DNA from: Heterodontus francisci
Taxonomy: Eukaryota
NCBI RefSeq assembly: GCF_036365525.1
Contig: NC_090404.1
Location: 8,370,001 to 8,434,000, forward strand
Length of the DNA stretch: 64,000 nucleotides
Direction of reading: 5' to 3'
How positions within the stretch are numbered: the first letter of the stretch is position 1; each line of letters begins with the position of its first letter. The notes beneath the pieces were generated by a model. The model had not been told where the DNA came from. It saw nothing but the letters and a program-made list of their open reading frames with translations, and did no database searches. Shown here one piece after another: positions 50,591 through 63,483 of this stretch. A program made the position numbers and the translations under genes.

Positions 50591-52525
50591 TTGCACTAGA
50601 GGACTATAAAGACAGTAGGAAGGAACTTAAGCAAGGAGTTAGGAGGGCTAAAAGGGGTCATGAAAAGTCATTGGCAAACAGGATTAAGGAAAATCCCAAG
50701 GCTTTTTAAACATATGTAAAGAGCAAGAGGGTAACCAGGGAAAGGGTTGGCCCACTCAAGGACAGAGATGGGAATCTATGTGTGGAGCCAGAGGTAATGG
50801 GCGAGGTGCTAAATGAGTACTTTGCATCAGTATTCACCAAAGAGAAGGACTTGGTGGATGATGAGCCTAGGGAATGGAGTGCAGATAGTCTCAGTCATCT
50901 TATGATCAAAAAGGAGGAGGTGTTGGGTGTCTTGAAAAGCATTAAGGTAGATAAGTCCCCAGGGCCTGATGGGATCTACCCCAGAATACTGAGGGAGGCA
51001 AGGGAAGAAATTTCTGGGGCCTTGACAGAAATCTTTGCATCCTTATTGGCGACAGGTGAGGTCCCAGAGGACTGGAGAATAGCCAAAGATGTTCCTTTGT
51101 TTAAGAAAGGTGGCAAGGATAATCCAGGAAATTATAGGCCGGTGAGCCTTACGTCAGTGGTAGGGAAACTATTAGAGAGGATTCTTCGGGATAGGATTTA
51201 CTCCCATTTGGAAACAAACAAACTTATTAGCGAGAGACAGCATGGTGTTGTGAAGGGGAGGTCGTGTCTTACTAATGTGATTGAGTTTTTTGAGGAAGTA
51301 ACGAAGATGATTGGTGAAGGAAGGGCAGTGGATGTTATCTATATGGACTTCAGTAAAGCCTTTGACAAGGTCCCGCATGGCAGACTGGTACAAAAGTTGA
51401 AGTCACACGGGATCAGAGGTGAGCTGGCAAGATGGATACAGAACTGGCTCGGTCATAGAATCAAGAGGGTATCAGTGGATGGGTGTTTTACTGAATGGAG
51501 GGCGGTGACTAGTGGTGTTCCGCAGGGATCAGTGCTGGGACCTTTGCTCTTTGTGGTATATATAAATGATTTGGAGGGAAATGTAGCTGGTCTGATTAGT
51601 AAGTTTGCGGACAACACAAAGGTTGGTGGAGTTGCGGATAATGATGAGGATTGTCAGAGGATACAGCAGGATATAGATCGGTTGGAGACTTGGGCGGAGA
51701 ATTGGCAGATGGAATTTAATCTGGACAAATGTGAGGTGATGCATTTTGGAAGGTCTAATGCAGGTGGGAAGTATACAATAAATGGCAGAACCCTTAGGAG
51801 TATTGACAGGCTGAGAGATCTGGGCGTACAGGTCCACAGGTCACTGAAAGTGGCAACGCAGGTGGATAAGGTAGTCAAGAAGGCATTTGGCACGCTTGCC
51901 TTCATCGGTCAGGGCAAAGAGTATAAAAATTGGCAAGTCATGTTGCAGTTGTACAGAACCTTAGTTCGGCCACACTTGGAATATTGCGTGCAATTCTGGT
52001 TGCCACACTACCAGAAGGACGTGGAGGCTATGGAGAGGCTACAGAGCAGGTTTGCCAGGATGTTGCCTGGTCTGGAGGGCATTAGCTATGAGGAGAGGTT
52101 GGAAAAACTCGGATTGTTTTCACTGGAACGACGGAGGTGGAGGGGCGACATGATGGAGGTTTACATAGTTATGAGCGGCATGGACAGAGTGGATAATCAG
52201 AAGTTCTTTCCCAGGGTGGAGGAGTCAGTTACTGGGGGACATAGGCTTAAGGTGAGAGGGGCAAAGTTTAGAGGGGATGTGCCAGGCAAGCCTTTTACAC
52301 AGAGGGCGGTGAGTGCCTGGAACTTGCTGCCAGGGGAGGTGGTGGAAGCAGGTACGATAGTGACGTTTAAGAGACATCTTGACAAATATATGAATAGGAA
52401 GGAAATAGAGGGATATGGGCCCCGGAAGTGCAGAAGATGTTAGTTTAGGCAGGCATCAAGATCGGCGCAGGCTGGGAGGGCCGAATGGCCTGTTCCTGTG
52501 CTGTACTGTTCTTTTTTCTTTGTTC
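50591..52525 (+). mobile_element. Young 5'-truncated CR1 with a 553-aa open RT region, in the J-to-supporting-V intron
   Basis: ORF 50782-52443 with RT motifs (but FADNTK for FADDTK); TCTTTC on both sides; absent from the left arm. Confidence 0.93.
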
Positions 52526-54751
52526 TTTCCCTCGCTCCTAAATGAGCTCAGTTTGTCGACACTCCGACCCCGCTCTCGCAGTTACATGTGATTGTCCCTG
52601 TGAGCACATGAGCGGGGTCACAGAACTCTCTCCCGGGGGAGAGGTTGTTGTCCAAGCCGGGCAATGTGAATAGAGGGAGAGTGAACACTACATGACAACA
52701 GCCGGCCCGATATCTGCAGCAGCAGAAACACGACAATATGACAAAACAGGCTTCAGATACAAGAGATCCTGTTGTCGGTGCCGATGGCATTTTATTATTG
52801 GGTTTCAGTGACTGAAATTAGTTACATTGTAGATGAAGTTAATGTCAATTGCCTTCATCCAATCATTTCCCTCCTTTTCCGCCCTCAGACTGAAATTCGA
52901 ATGTTTGCAGTTCCAGATAATTCTCGATATTGAATATTGATGTTTGAGAGATTGGATTGGAGTAATTTAACTGTATCCCTGCTAACTGTTAATTGGAACA
53001 ATACTGGACACTGAGGGAGTGAGGAAGAGATGCTAATGTTCTGAGAAAGGAGATCAGGAACACTCCAGGGAATAACTGAAGACTGGAGGACAATCTATTT
53101 AGAACCAGCAAAAAATAATTCACCAAAATGGATAGAAATATTAAACAAACTCTGAGCCGTTCGAAGTACAATCCGACACCAGGGTGAAGGGTGACATTTA
53201 TGGAGGGAAGGGCAGTGATGAACTCTGGTGTTCTCCAGGATACTGCAGTGTGCAGTTTTAATCACCTTATTTAAGGAAGGATCTATTTGCTTTGGAGGGA
53301 GTGAAACAAAGCTCCACTAGACTGATTCTTGGGATAAAAGGACAGTTCATGTGGAGAGTTTATGGGACTATGCAGATGTTCCGTAGAGTTTCGAAGAATA
53401 AGAGTCTACAGCTTGGGGTGACAGTCTCACAATAAGAGGTCGGTCATTTTGAACTGAGAAGAAGAGACATTTCTTCAGTCAAACCTTTGTTATGAGTTTG
53501 TGGAATTCTATACATCAGAGAGCTGTGGATGCCCAGTGGTTGAGTATATTCCAGGCAGTGTTCGATAGATTTGTGGATACTAAAGGAATCAAAGGACCTC
53601 TGGATAGTGCGGGAAGGTGGAGCAGATGATCAGCTTTGATCTTATTGAATGGCTGAGCAGAATTGAAAGGTGAAATGGTCTACTCCTGCTCCTATTACTG
53701 ATGTTCTTACATTATCAGCTTGGATTTCTTACACTGAAAGGAACATAGGAATATAGGAACAGGAGTAGGCCATTCAGCCCGTCGAGTCTGCTCCGCCATT
53801 CAACTAGATCATGGCTGATCATCTACCTCAATGCCACTTTCCCGCATTATCCCCACATCCATGATGTCGTCAGTATCCAGAAATCAATCGATTTATGTCT
53901 TGAACATGCTCAATGAATGACCTTCCACAGCTCTCTGGGGTAGAGAATTCCAAAGATTCATCAGAAGAAATTCCTCCTCATCTCAGTCTTAAATGGCCGA
54001 CCACTTACGCTGAGATTATGTCCCCTGATTCTAGACACAAGGGAAACATCCTATCTACGTCCACACTGTCAAGCCCTGTAAGATTTTTGTAAGTTTCAAT
54101 TCGATCACCTCTCATTTTTCAAAACTCTGGAGAATATAGGCCCAGTTTCTTCATTCTCTCCTCATATGACAATCCCGCCATTCCAGGGATTAGTCTGCTA
54201 AACCTCCGTTGCACTCCCTCTATGGCAAGTATATCCTTCCTGAGATGAGACCAACACAGTACACAATACTCCAGGTGCGATCTCACCAAGGCTCTATACA
54301 ATTGCAGCAAGACGTCTTTACTCCTGTACTCGAAACCCCTTGCGATGAAGGCCAACATACCATTTGCCTTCTTAATTGCTTGCTCATAAAAAGCGACTCA
54401 TAAACTAAAACACCCAGGTCCCTTTGGACAACAGACTTCCCAACCTCTCACCATTTAAGAAATGCTCTGTCTTTCTATTTTTTCTACCAAAGTAGATAAC
54501 ATCGCACTTATTCACATTATATTCTATCTGCCATGTTCTTGCCCATTCAGCTAGCCTGTCGAAGTTCCCTGGAAACCTCCTTGCATCTTCCTCACAACTT
54601 ACATTCCCACCCATTTTTGTGTCATCAGCAAATGTGGAAATATTACATTTGGTCTCCACATCCAAGTCATTTATCTAGATTATGAACAACTATGACCCCA
54701 GCACTGATCCTTGCTGTTTCCTTCTCGTCACAGCCTGCTATCCTGAGACTG

Positions 54752-56170
54752 ACCCGGAAGACTGGAGGATAGCTAATGTTGTGCCTTTATTTAAGAAGGG
54801 CAGCAGGGATAAGCCCGGGAACTACAGGCCGATGAGCCTTACATCAGTGGTGGGAAAGTTATTGGAAGGGATTCTGAAAGACAGGATTTATATGCATCTG
54901 GAAATGCATGGTCTGATGAGGGATAGTCAGCATGGCTTTGTGCGTGGGAAATTATGTCTCACGAATTTGATTTAGTTTTTTGAGGATGTGACCAAGAGGA
55001 TTGACGAGGGAAGGGCGATGGACGTTGTCTACATGGACTTTAGCAAGGCCTTTGACAAGGTCCCACATGGTAGGCTGGTCCAGAAGGTTCGAACACATGG
55101 GATCCAGTGTGAGCTAGCAAATTGGATACAAAATTGGCTTGGTGATAGGAGGCAGAGGGGGTACTGGAGGGTTGTTTTCCAGATTGGAGGCTGGTGACCA
55201 GTGGTGTGCCGCAGGGATCGGTGCTGGGCCCTCTGTTGTTTGTCATATATATTAATGACTTGGATGTGAATGTAAGGGGCATGATTAGTAAGTTTGCAGT
55301 TGACACCAAAATTGGTGGTATAGTGGACAGAGAAGAAGATTGTCTAAGGTTACAACAGGATATAGATCAACTGGGAAAGTGGGCAAGGGAGTGGCAAATG
55401 GAATTTAATGCAGACAAGTGTGAAGTGATCATTTTGGGAAGTTAAAGCAGGCAGGACATATACAGTGAATGGCAGGGCCCTGGGGAGTGTTCTTGAGCAG
55501 AGAGACCTTGGGTGCAAGTACATAGTTCCCTGAAAGTGGCAACACAGGTAGACAAGGTGACGAAGAAGGCGTATGGCATGCTTGCCTTCATCGGCCGAGG
55601 CATTGAGTACAAGAGTTGGGACGTCATGTTACAGTTGCATAAAACGTTGGTTAGGCCGCATTTGGAGTACTGTGTGCAGTTCTGGTCGCCGCACTACAGG
55701 AAGTATGTAATTAAGCTAGAGAGGGTTCAGAAAAGATTCACAAGGATGTTGCCTGGTTTGCAGAGCTTGAGTTATACATAGAGATTGGATAGGCTGGGTC
55801 TGTTTTCCCTGGAGCGAAGGAGGCTGAGAGGGGACATGATAGAGGTTTATAAAATTATGACAGGCAGTGATAGGGTAGATAGCCAGAGTCTGTTTCCCAT
55901 TGTAGGGGTGACTAAAACTAGAGGGCATAGATTTAAGGTGAGAGGGAGGAGGTTTAAAGGTGGATCAAAGGGGTATCTGGAATGAGCTGTCTGAGGAGGT
56001 GGAACAGTACCGACATTTAAGAGGCATCTGGACAGGTACTTGAATGAGTAAGGCATAGAGGGATATGGAATTAATGCAGGCAGGTGGGATTAGTATAGAT
56101 AGGTATTATGGTCGGCATGGACACGGTGGGCCGTAGGGCCTGTTTCTATACTGTACGACTCTATGACTCT
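54752..56170 (+). mobile_element. CR1 nested in the - strand CR1 of the right arm
   Basis: PEDWRIANVVP..RT motifs..(ACTCTATG)n tail; absent from the left arm. Confidence 0.88.
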
Positions 56171-58550
56171 ATTCCTATTCTTCGTTTCCTCTCTGTCAAC
56201 TAATTTTAAATCCATTCCTGTGCATTACCCCCCCATCCCATGTGCTCTAATTTTGCTTACTAACCTCTTGTGTGGGACCTTATCAAAAGCCTTCGAAAAA
56301 TCCAAATGCACACATCCACTGGTTCTCCTTTATCTATTCTACAATCCATGTTGACTCGTCACAAACATAACGTTATTTTCTAAGTATCAAGTTATCACAT
56401 CCTTTATAGTAGATTCGAACATTTTTCTACTCCTGACGTCAAACTAACAGGTCTATAGCTCCCCGTTTTCTCTCTCCCTCCTTTCTTAAACAGTGGGCTT
56501 ACATTTGCTACTTTCCAGTCTGCAGGAACCTTTCTGGAATCTACAGAATTTTGAAGGATAATCCATCCATTATCTCTATAGCCACCTCCTTCAACTCTCT
56601 GGGATGTAGCTCATCTGGTCCAGGAGAGTAATCAACCTTCAATCCAGTTTATGTTTCGAGTGCTCAGGCATTTAAGTTCCTCAGTTTCACAAGTCCTTTG
56701 GTTCCCTAGTGTTTCTGGGGGATTTTCAATATCTTCCTCGTAAATAGAGACAGAAAGTAATTGTTTAGTTTCTCTGCTATTGCCCTGTTCTCCATTATAA
56801 ATTCTCCTGTCTCCGCTTGTAATGGGCCCAGTTTTGTCCTTACTGATCGTGTCCTTTTCACATACCTAGAGAGGCTGTTACAGTCCACCTTTATGTTTCT
56901 CACTAGCTTGCATTCACAATCTCTTTTCCCTTTCTTTATCAGTTTCTTGCTCATCTTTTGCTGGATTCTAAATTGCTCCCAATCCTCAGGTTTAACACTT
57001 TTTTGGCAATCCTATAAACCACCTCCTTTGATCTAATGTAATCTTTAACTTGTTTTGTTAGTCATGGTTAATTCACCTTTCCTGTTGGGTTTTTGTATCT
57101 TAGAGGAACTTATATTCCTCCTGAAAAACTGAGAAATCCTCAAAAAAACATCAATAACCATCAGGAATGTTTGAACAGGCTGGGCTTCTTTCCCCTGGAA
57201 AACAGAGTAAAATAATGAGACTTCATGGAAATCTTTTAAATTATGGGCTGCTGGATATGGAGAAACTATTTTTTTGTGGGTGAATCCAGAACAAGGAGAC
57301 ACTCATATATGATGTCACTGACGGAATAAATTCATTAAGCAGAATACATTTACCCAGAGACAGGACAGAATGTGGATCTCGCTGCCACATGGAGTGGTTG
57401 GAGTAGATCGGAATGATGCATTTATGGGACGACTTGAAAAAAAAAGGAGGAAGAAATGAAAAGAGGGACAGAGGGTTCAGGGTGGAAATGGTTAAATAGA
57501 GTCCGGGCGCAGGGAGGCTTGTGTGGAGTACAAACACTGGTATAGAACGGTTAGGCCGAATGGCCTGTTCCTGCTCTGCAGATTCTGTATAATATAAAAT
57601 TCAAAGAAAACTCCGCTTGGAGAACACAGGAGAGGATTATCCAATGGGCTGAAGGAATTGAAATTGAAATTGTCAGTGATCCGGAAGAGCCAGTTCCCAG
57701 TGAGCAACAGTTAAACCACTGAGAAAATAGCACAAACTGAACCCAACTGACAACTGAGAGACTTCGGAACAAGTTCCCATGATGGCAAAAACCGCAAACA
57801 GCACAAATTAAATGTAGAAATAAAATGAAACTAACTTCATTCTTTTTTCAAATTAAAGGGCAATAGAGAAAAATGGGCCTTATTGATGGAAGAAAGTAGA
57901 CAAATAGAGTGAAAGGCAACAATAAGCTCTCATGAAGTGTTGAACTGTTGTAAACGAATGACCTTTGATGTTCACTGTCAGTTTCGCTCAATCTGTGCTG
58001 ATGAATTTCATTACTCTCTGTTGGATCTTACTGTGTGTACTGATATAACACAGCTGGGTTACTCCCGGACTGACAGTTTTTGTCAAGTGATTCTCTCACT
58101 GATATTAACATGTTTCCTCCAGTTTGTCTTCCACCAAGAAAAATAGACACAGAAATTTAATAGAATCATTGAATCATACAACATGGAGGGATGTCATTCT
58201 GCCCATCGTCTTTGTAGGTGCTGTCAAATTGTTCCCACTCTCCCTTGCTTTTCCTCCATGACCCATGCGTTTTCCAGTAGCAACATTTATCCAATTCCCG
58301 TTTAAAAGTTAATATCAATCTTCTCCTACCACCCATTCTGACAGTGCATTCCAGATCATAACTACTAGCTGTGTAAAATAAAATACACATCATCTCCGCA
58401 CTGGTTCAAATCTCAATAACGGTGAATACATTTCGAACAGGCTTCAAATTAAGCAAATTACCGCGAAAACAATAACTATTCCTGCGATTGACAGGTTTCG
58501 CCGCGCAAACACTGGCTGAACAATTGATAATATTCATTTTCATACTGCAG

Positions 58551-58856
58551 ATTCCAGTTCCCTGGTGTCCCGGAGCCCGCCTCTGCAAACCTCTGCTGCC
58601 GGTGACACCGTCACTTTAAGCTGCGAATATTCAGGGTTCTGTCAGTACACAGTGCACTGGTACCATCAATCCCCAGGGCAGTCTCCGAAATACCTGCTTC
58701 AGAGACAAACATCAGGAACGGATAATAAAGAAAACGCAGCCGGGGGACGAATTTCTGCTTCTATCGATCCTGCCGAAAAAATCAGCCGGTTAAAAATCTC
58801 CAAACTACAACTGAGCGACTCCGCTGTGTATTACTGTGCACTGAGTCGGCGCGCAG
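58551..58856 (+). CDS. Leaderless supporting TCR Vdelta exon (copy 2; canonical, intact)
   Basis: DSSSLVSRSPPLQTSAAGDTVTLSCEYSGFCQYTVHWYHQ...SDSAVYYCALSRRA: C23, W41, C104 and the CDR1 Cys are all present; RSS CACAGTG-23-ACAAAAACC (58857-58895). Confidence 0.93.
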
Positions 58857-58967
58857 CACAGTGATACAGAACAGGGAGAGAGCTGTACAAAAACCTGAAC
58901 CTGGTGGGATTACAGACACACAGTGATACCGAGCACGGAGGTACGGCCGTTAAGTGAATTTGCAGAC

Positions 58968-61190
58968 GCTCAGCACCAACTCTCAGACACTTCTTCCTCC
59001 CTCTCCCTGGACCATGACCCCACCACCGAAAATCAAGAGACTGTCCACAGGACTGTCACTGACCTCATCTCCTCTGGAGATCTTCCGTCTACAGCCTCCA
59101 ACCTCATAGTCCCTGAGACCCGGACAGTCCGCTTCCACCTCCTTCCCAAAATCCACAAACAGGACAGTCCCGGCAGACCCATTGTTTCAGCCTGTTCCTG
59201 CCCCACTGAACTCATTTCTTCCTATCTTGACTCTACCTTTTCTCCTCTGGTCCAGTCTGTTCCCACCTACATCCGCGACTCTTCTGACGCCCTACGTAAT
59301 TTTGACAATTTCCAGTTTCCTGGTCCTAACTGCCTCCTCTTCACTATGGACGTCCAATCTCTCTACACCTCCATCCCCCACCAGGACGGTATGAGGGCTC
59401 TTCGCTTCTTCCTTGAGCAGAGGCCAACCAGTCCCCATCCACCACGAGCCTCCTCCACCGGGCTAAACTTGTTCTCACATTGAACAACATCTCCTTCAAC
59501 TCCACTCACTTCATTCAAGTAAAAGGCGTTGCAATGGGTTCCTGCATGGGTCTTAGTTATGCCTGTCTTTTTGTGGGATATGTCAAACATTCCTTGTTCC
59601 AGTCCGACTCAGGCCCTCTCCCCCAACGCTTTTTCTGGTACATTGATGACTGTATTGGTGCCGTTTCCTGCTCCCGCCCCGAACTGGAAAATTATATCAA
59701 CTTTGCTTCTAATTTCCACCCTTCTCTCACCTTTACATGGTCCATCTCCGACACTTTCCTTCCTCGACTTCTCTATCGTCATCGCCAGGGATAGGCTGTC
59801 CACTAATATTCATTATAAGCCCACTGACTCCCACAGCTACCTCGACTACACTTCTTCACACACTGCCTCCTGTAAGGACTCCATTCCATTCTCCCATGCT
59901 CTGATGATATTACCTTCCATGACAGCGCTTCTGATATGTTTTCCTTTTTCCTCAGCCGAGGATTGTACCAGCCCACCCCCTGCCCGATTGTGGATGACAG
60001 AGCCCTCAGCCGTATCTGGCCCATTTCCTGCATCTTAACCCTCATCCGTTCCCCTCCTTCCCAGAACTGTGACAGGGTTCACCTTGTCCTCACTTTCCAC
60101 CCCATCAGCCTCCATATCCAAGGGGTCATCCTCCACCATTTCCGCCACCTCCAGCCACTACCAAAGGCATCTTCCCCTCCCTTCCCTTGTCAGCATTCCA
60201 AAGGGATCATTCCCTCCACGACACCCTGGTCCACTCCTCCATTACCCCCACCACCTCGTTCCCGTTCCACGGCACCTTCCCCTCCAATCGCAGGAGGTGT
60301 AATACCTGTCCATTTTCCTCATCTTTCCTCACTATCCCAGGTCCCAAACACTCCTTCCAGGTGAAGCAGCGATTTACTTGTACTTCTTTCAATGTAGTAT
60401 ACTGTATTCACTGCTCACATTGTGGTCTCCTCCACATTGGGGGAGACCAAACGCAGACTGGGCGACCACGTTGCGGAACACCTCCGCGCAGTCCAAAAGC
60501 ATGAGACCGAGCTTCCGGTTGCTTGCCATTTCAACATTCCCCCCTGCTCTCATGCTCACATCTCTGTCCTGGGCTTGCTGCAGTGTTCCAGTGAACATCA
60601 ATGCAAGCTCGCGGAACAGCATCACATTTACCAATTAGGCACAATACAGCCTGCCAGACTGAACATTGAGTTCAATAATTTCAGAACATGACGGGCCCCC
60701 CATTTTACTGTTATTTTTAGTTATTTCCTCTTTTTTTATTTTTTGTGTTTATTTTATTTTGGTTTGTTCAGTTTGTTTCTACTGTGCCTACCCATTGCGT
60801 TTTTTTTTTCATGCTTCGGCTTGTGGCTGTTCAGTTTTCAGCCCATTAACATCCTATCTGTACTAATGCTTTGTCTTCAACACATCATTAACATATTGTT
60901 TGTCTTTGTTCCATGACCTTCTGGTCAGCTATTCTGTGACCTTGTCCTATCAACACCTTCTCTTTTGTTATCTCTTGCACCGTCCCCGCCCCCACCACCC
61001 ACCCCCCACCCCCCGCCCCCCCGCCCCCACCCCCGTCCCCAACCCCGCTTTACTTGCTTACATTCTTTTACATTTCTTATATCTGCCAATTCTGAAGAAG
61101 TGTCACTGACCTGAAACGCTAACTCTGCTTCTCCCTCCACAGATGCTGCCAGACCTGCTGAGTATTTCCAGCGTTTCTTGTTTTTATTTA
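58968..61190 (+). mobile_element. Penelope-like retroelement, segmental-duplicate copy with a longer 3' end
   Basis: Near-identical to 17995-20015, plus terminal region with a hammerhead-like core at 61092-61121. Confidence 0.9.
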
Positions 61191-62985
61191 ACCTAACTTC
61201 ACCACTGGCTGCTCCAGGACTTGTCTATCAGATACTCCGTGGTTTCAAATCTAATTGTCTCCTGGGATTGACTCGGATTAAATTGGAGAGTTCACCTGTC
61301 CTCAGGGAAGCGGATTCGCCAGTCTGACCCAGTCACACTCGATGGTGTTTACAGAATGCAGATTCCGCGCTTCGACGACCAATCAGGTTCTAGATGACTT
61401 GGTGAGAAATGTGAAATCCATTCGCACCTTAAGAAGTATATTTTGCTGAGTTGTATTACACCATTGTTAACTGGCCTCTCTTATTAATGCATTATACGTG
61501 ATTTCTGTTTATTTTACACGAGGCCGTGTCAACTAGTATTGAACTAGACCATACTTCAGTTTATTTTACACTAGACCCTGTCTCAGCTATTATTGCACGA
61601 GAATATGTGTCTTTATATTTCACTAGGTTCAGTCTCACAAATGACTGCACTAGATCATGTCTCTGTTTATACTATAATTCACCCATGTCTCTTTGTTTAT
61701 CCTGCACTAGGCCCTGTATCAGCTATTACTGCACTCAGGCAGATTGGTGAGGACGAGGTCAAGTATGTTTTTCCCTCTTGTTGGTTCCCTCACCACCTGC
61801 CGCAGACCCAGTCTAGCAGCTATGCCCTTTAGGACACGGCCAGCTCGGCCAGTGGTACTATCTAGCCAGTCGTGTTGATGGACATTGAAGTGCCCAACCC
61901 AGAGTGCACATTGTGCCCTTGCTACTGTCACTGTTTCTTCCAATTGGTGTTCAACATGGATAAGTACTGATTCATCAGCTGAGGGAGGGCGGTAGGTGGT
62001 AATCCATTGGAGGTTTCCTTGCCCAAGTTTGATCTGACGAAATGAGACCTCGTGGGGTCCGGAGTCAATGTTGAGTACTCGCAGGGCAACTCCCTCCTCA
62101 CTGCATACCACTGTGCCACCACCTCTGGCAGGACATATCCGGGGATGGTGATGGCAGTGTCTGGGACATTTTCTATAAGGTATGATTCCATGAGTATCAC
62201 TACGTCAGGCTGTTGCTTGACGATTCTGTGGGACATCTCTCCCAATTTTGGCACAGACCCCCAGATGTTAGTAAGGAGGACTTTACAGGGTCCACACGGC
62301 TGGGTTTGCCATTATCTTTTCCCGATGGTCCGTCCGGTTTCGTTCCTTTTCGTAGACGTTTTAGCAGGTTGATGAAACTGAGTGGCTTGATATTCCATTT
62401 CAGAGGATATTTCAGAGTCAACCACTTTGCTGTGGGCCTGGAGTCACATGTGGGCCAGACCAGGTAAGGACGGCACATTAGTGAACCTGATGGGTTTTTT
62501 CAACAATCGGCAATGGTTTCATGGTCACCACCAGACTAACTTTTTAATTCCAGATTGATTTATTCAATTCAAGATTTATTAGTTGAATTCAAATTCCCCA
62601 TCTGCCGTGGTTGGATTCCAACTAATATCCCTCGAGCGTTAGCCTGGGGCTCTGGGTTACTAGTCTAGTGACATTACTAGGAAGTCACCGCCCCCCACCA
62701 CCCTTCCACCCCCACCACAACCCCTCCCCCAATCCCCCCTCCCTCCGCCTTCCACCCCTAGCCTTATTGAAGCAAAACGGCTGGTTTGAAAAAATCAGTT
62801 AATTTAGTTTCCATCAAAATGACCGCTTGATCTGAATTGAGAAAAGACAAAGTTTGCCGCAGGAGAGAATAATTGGTTGAAAAGGCCCGTTCTGTCAGAC
62901 TGCACTGCAAAACTTTACCTCATGGGGTAAAATTCGAAAATAATTGAGAATATATTAATGAACTTCCTGTCGCCCTGCTCTCTAT

Positions 62986-63177
62986 CACTGTGTGTCTGTA
63001 ATCCTCACCATGTTCAGGTTTTTGTACAGCTCTCTCCCTGCTCTGTATCACTGTGCTGTAATCCCCACCATGTTCAGTTTCTTGTACAGCTCTCTCCCTG
63101 CTCTGTATCACTGTGGTCTGTAATCCCCACCATGTTCAGGTTTTTGTACAGCTCTCTCCGAGATCTGTATCACTGTG
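62986..63177 (-). repeat. Tandem array of 23-RSS units behind supporting V copy 3
   Basis: CACAGTG-23-nonamer at 63177-63139, 63115-63077 (ACAAGAAAC) and 63055-63017; extra heptamer 62992-62986; period 60-63 bp. Confidence 0.95.
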
Positions 63178-63483
63178 CCCCACGCCGACTCAATTCACAG
63201 TAATACACAGCGGAGTCGCTCAGTTGCAGTTTGGAGATTTTTAACCGGCTGATTTTTTCGGTAGGATCGATTGATGCAGAAATTCGTCCCCCGGCTGCGT
63301 TTTCATTATTCTGCTCTCCTGAAGTGTGTATCTGAAGCAGGTATTTCGGAGCCTGCCCTGGGGATTGACGGTACCAGTGCACTGTGTACTGACAGAACCC
63401 TGAATATTCGTAGCTTAAAGTAACAGTGTCACCGGCAGCAGCGGTTTGCAGAGGCGGACTCCGGGACACCAGGGAACTGGAAT
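63178..63483 (-). CDS. Leaderless supporting TCR Vdelta exon (copy 3; Cys23->Tyr); its NAR V-D-J is expected beyond the window end
   Basis: Same protein as copy 1; RSS CACAGTG-23-ACAAAAACC (63177-63139). Confidence 0.9.

Larger units (their letters stand above)
29160..58940. repeat. Large inverted duplication: left arm ~29160-41030, right arm ~44192-58940, unique spacer between
   Basis: Colinear reverse-complement match of supporting V, CR1s, J, D, NAR V, V pseudogenes and unique flanks. Confidence 0.93.

Noticed and set aside
50782-52443. 553-aa RT ORF as a domesticated or active gene
   Set aside because: 5'-truncated CR1 without endonuclease, catalytic DD->DN, arm-specific recent insertion.
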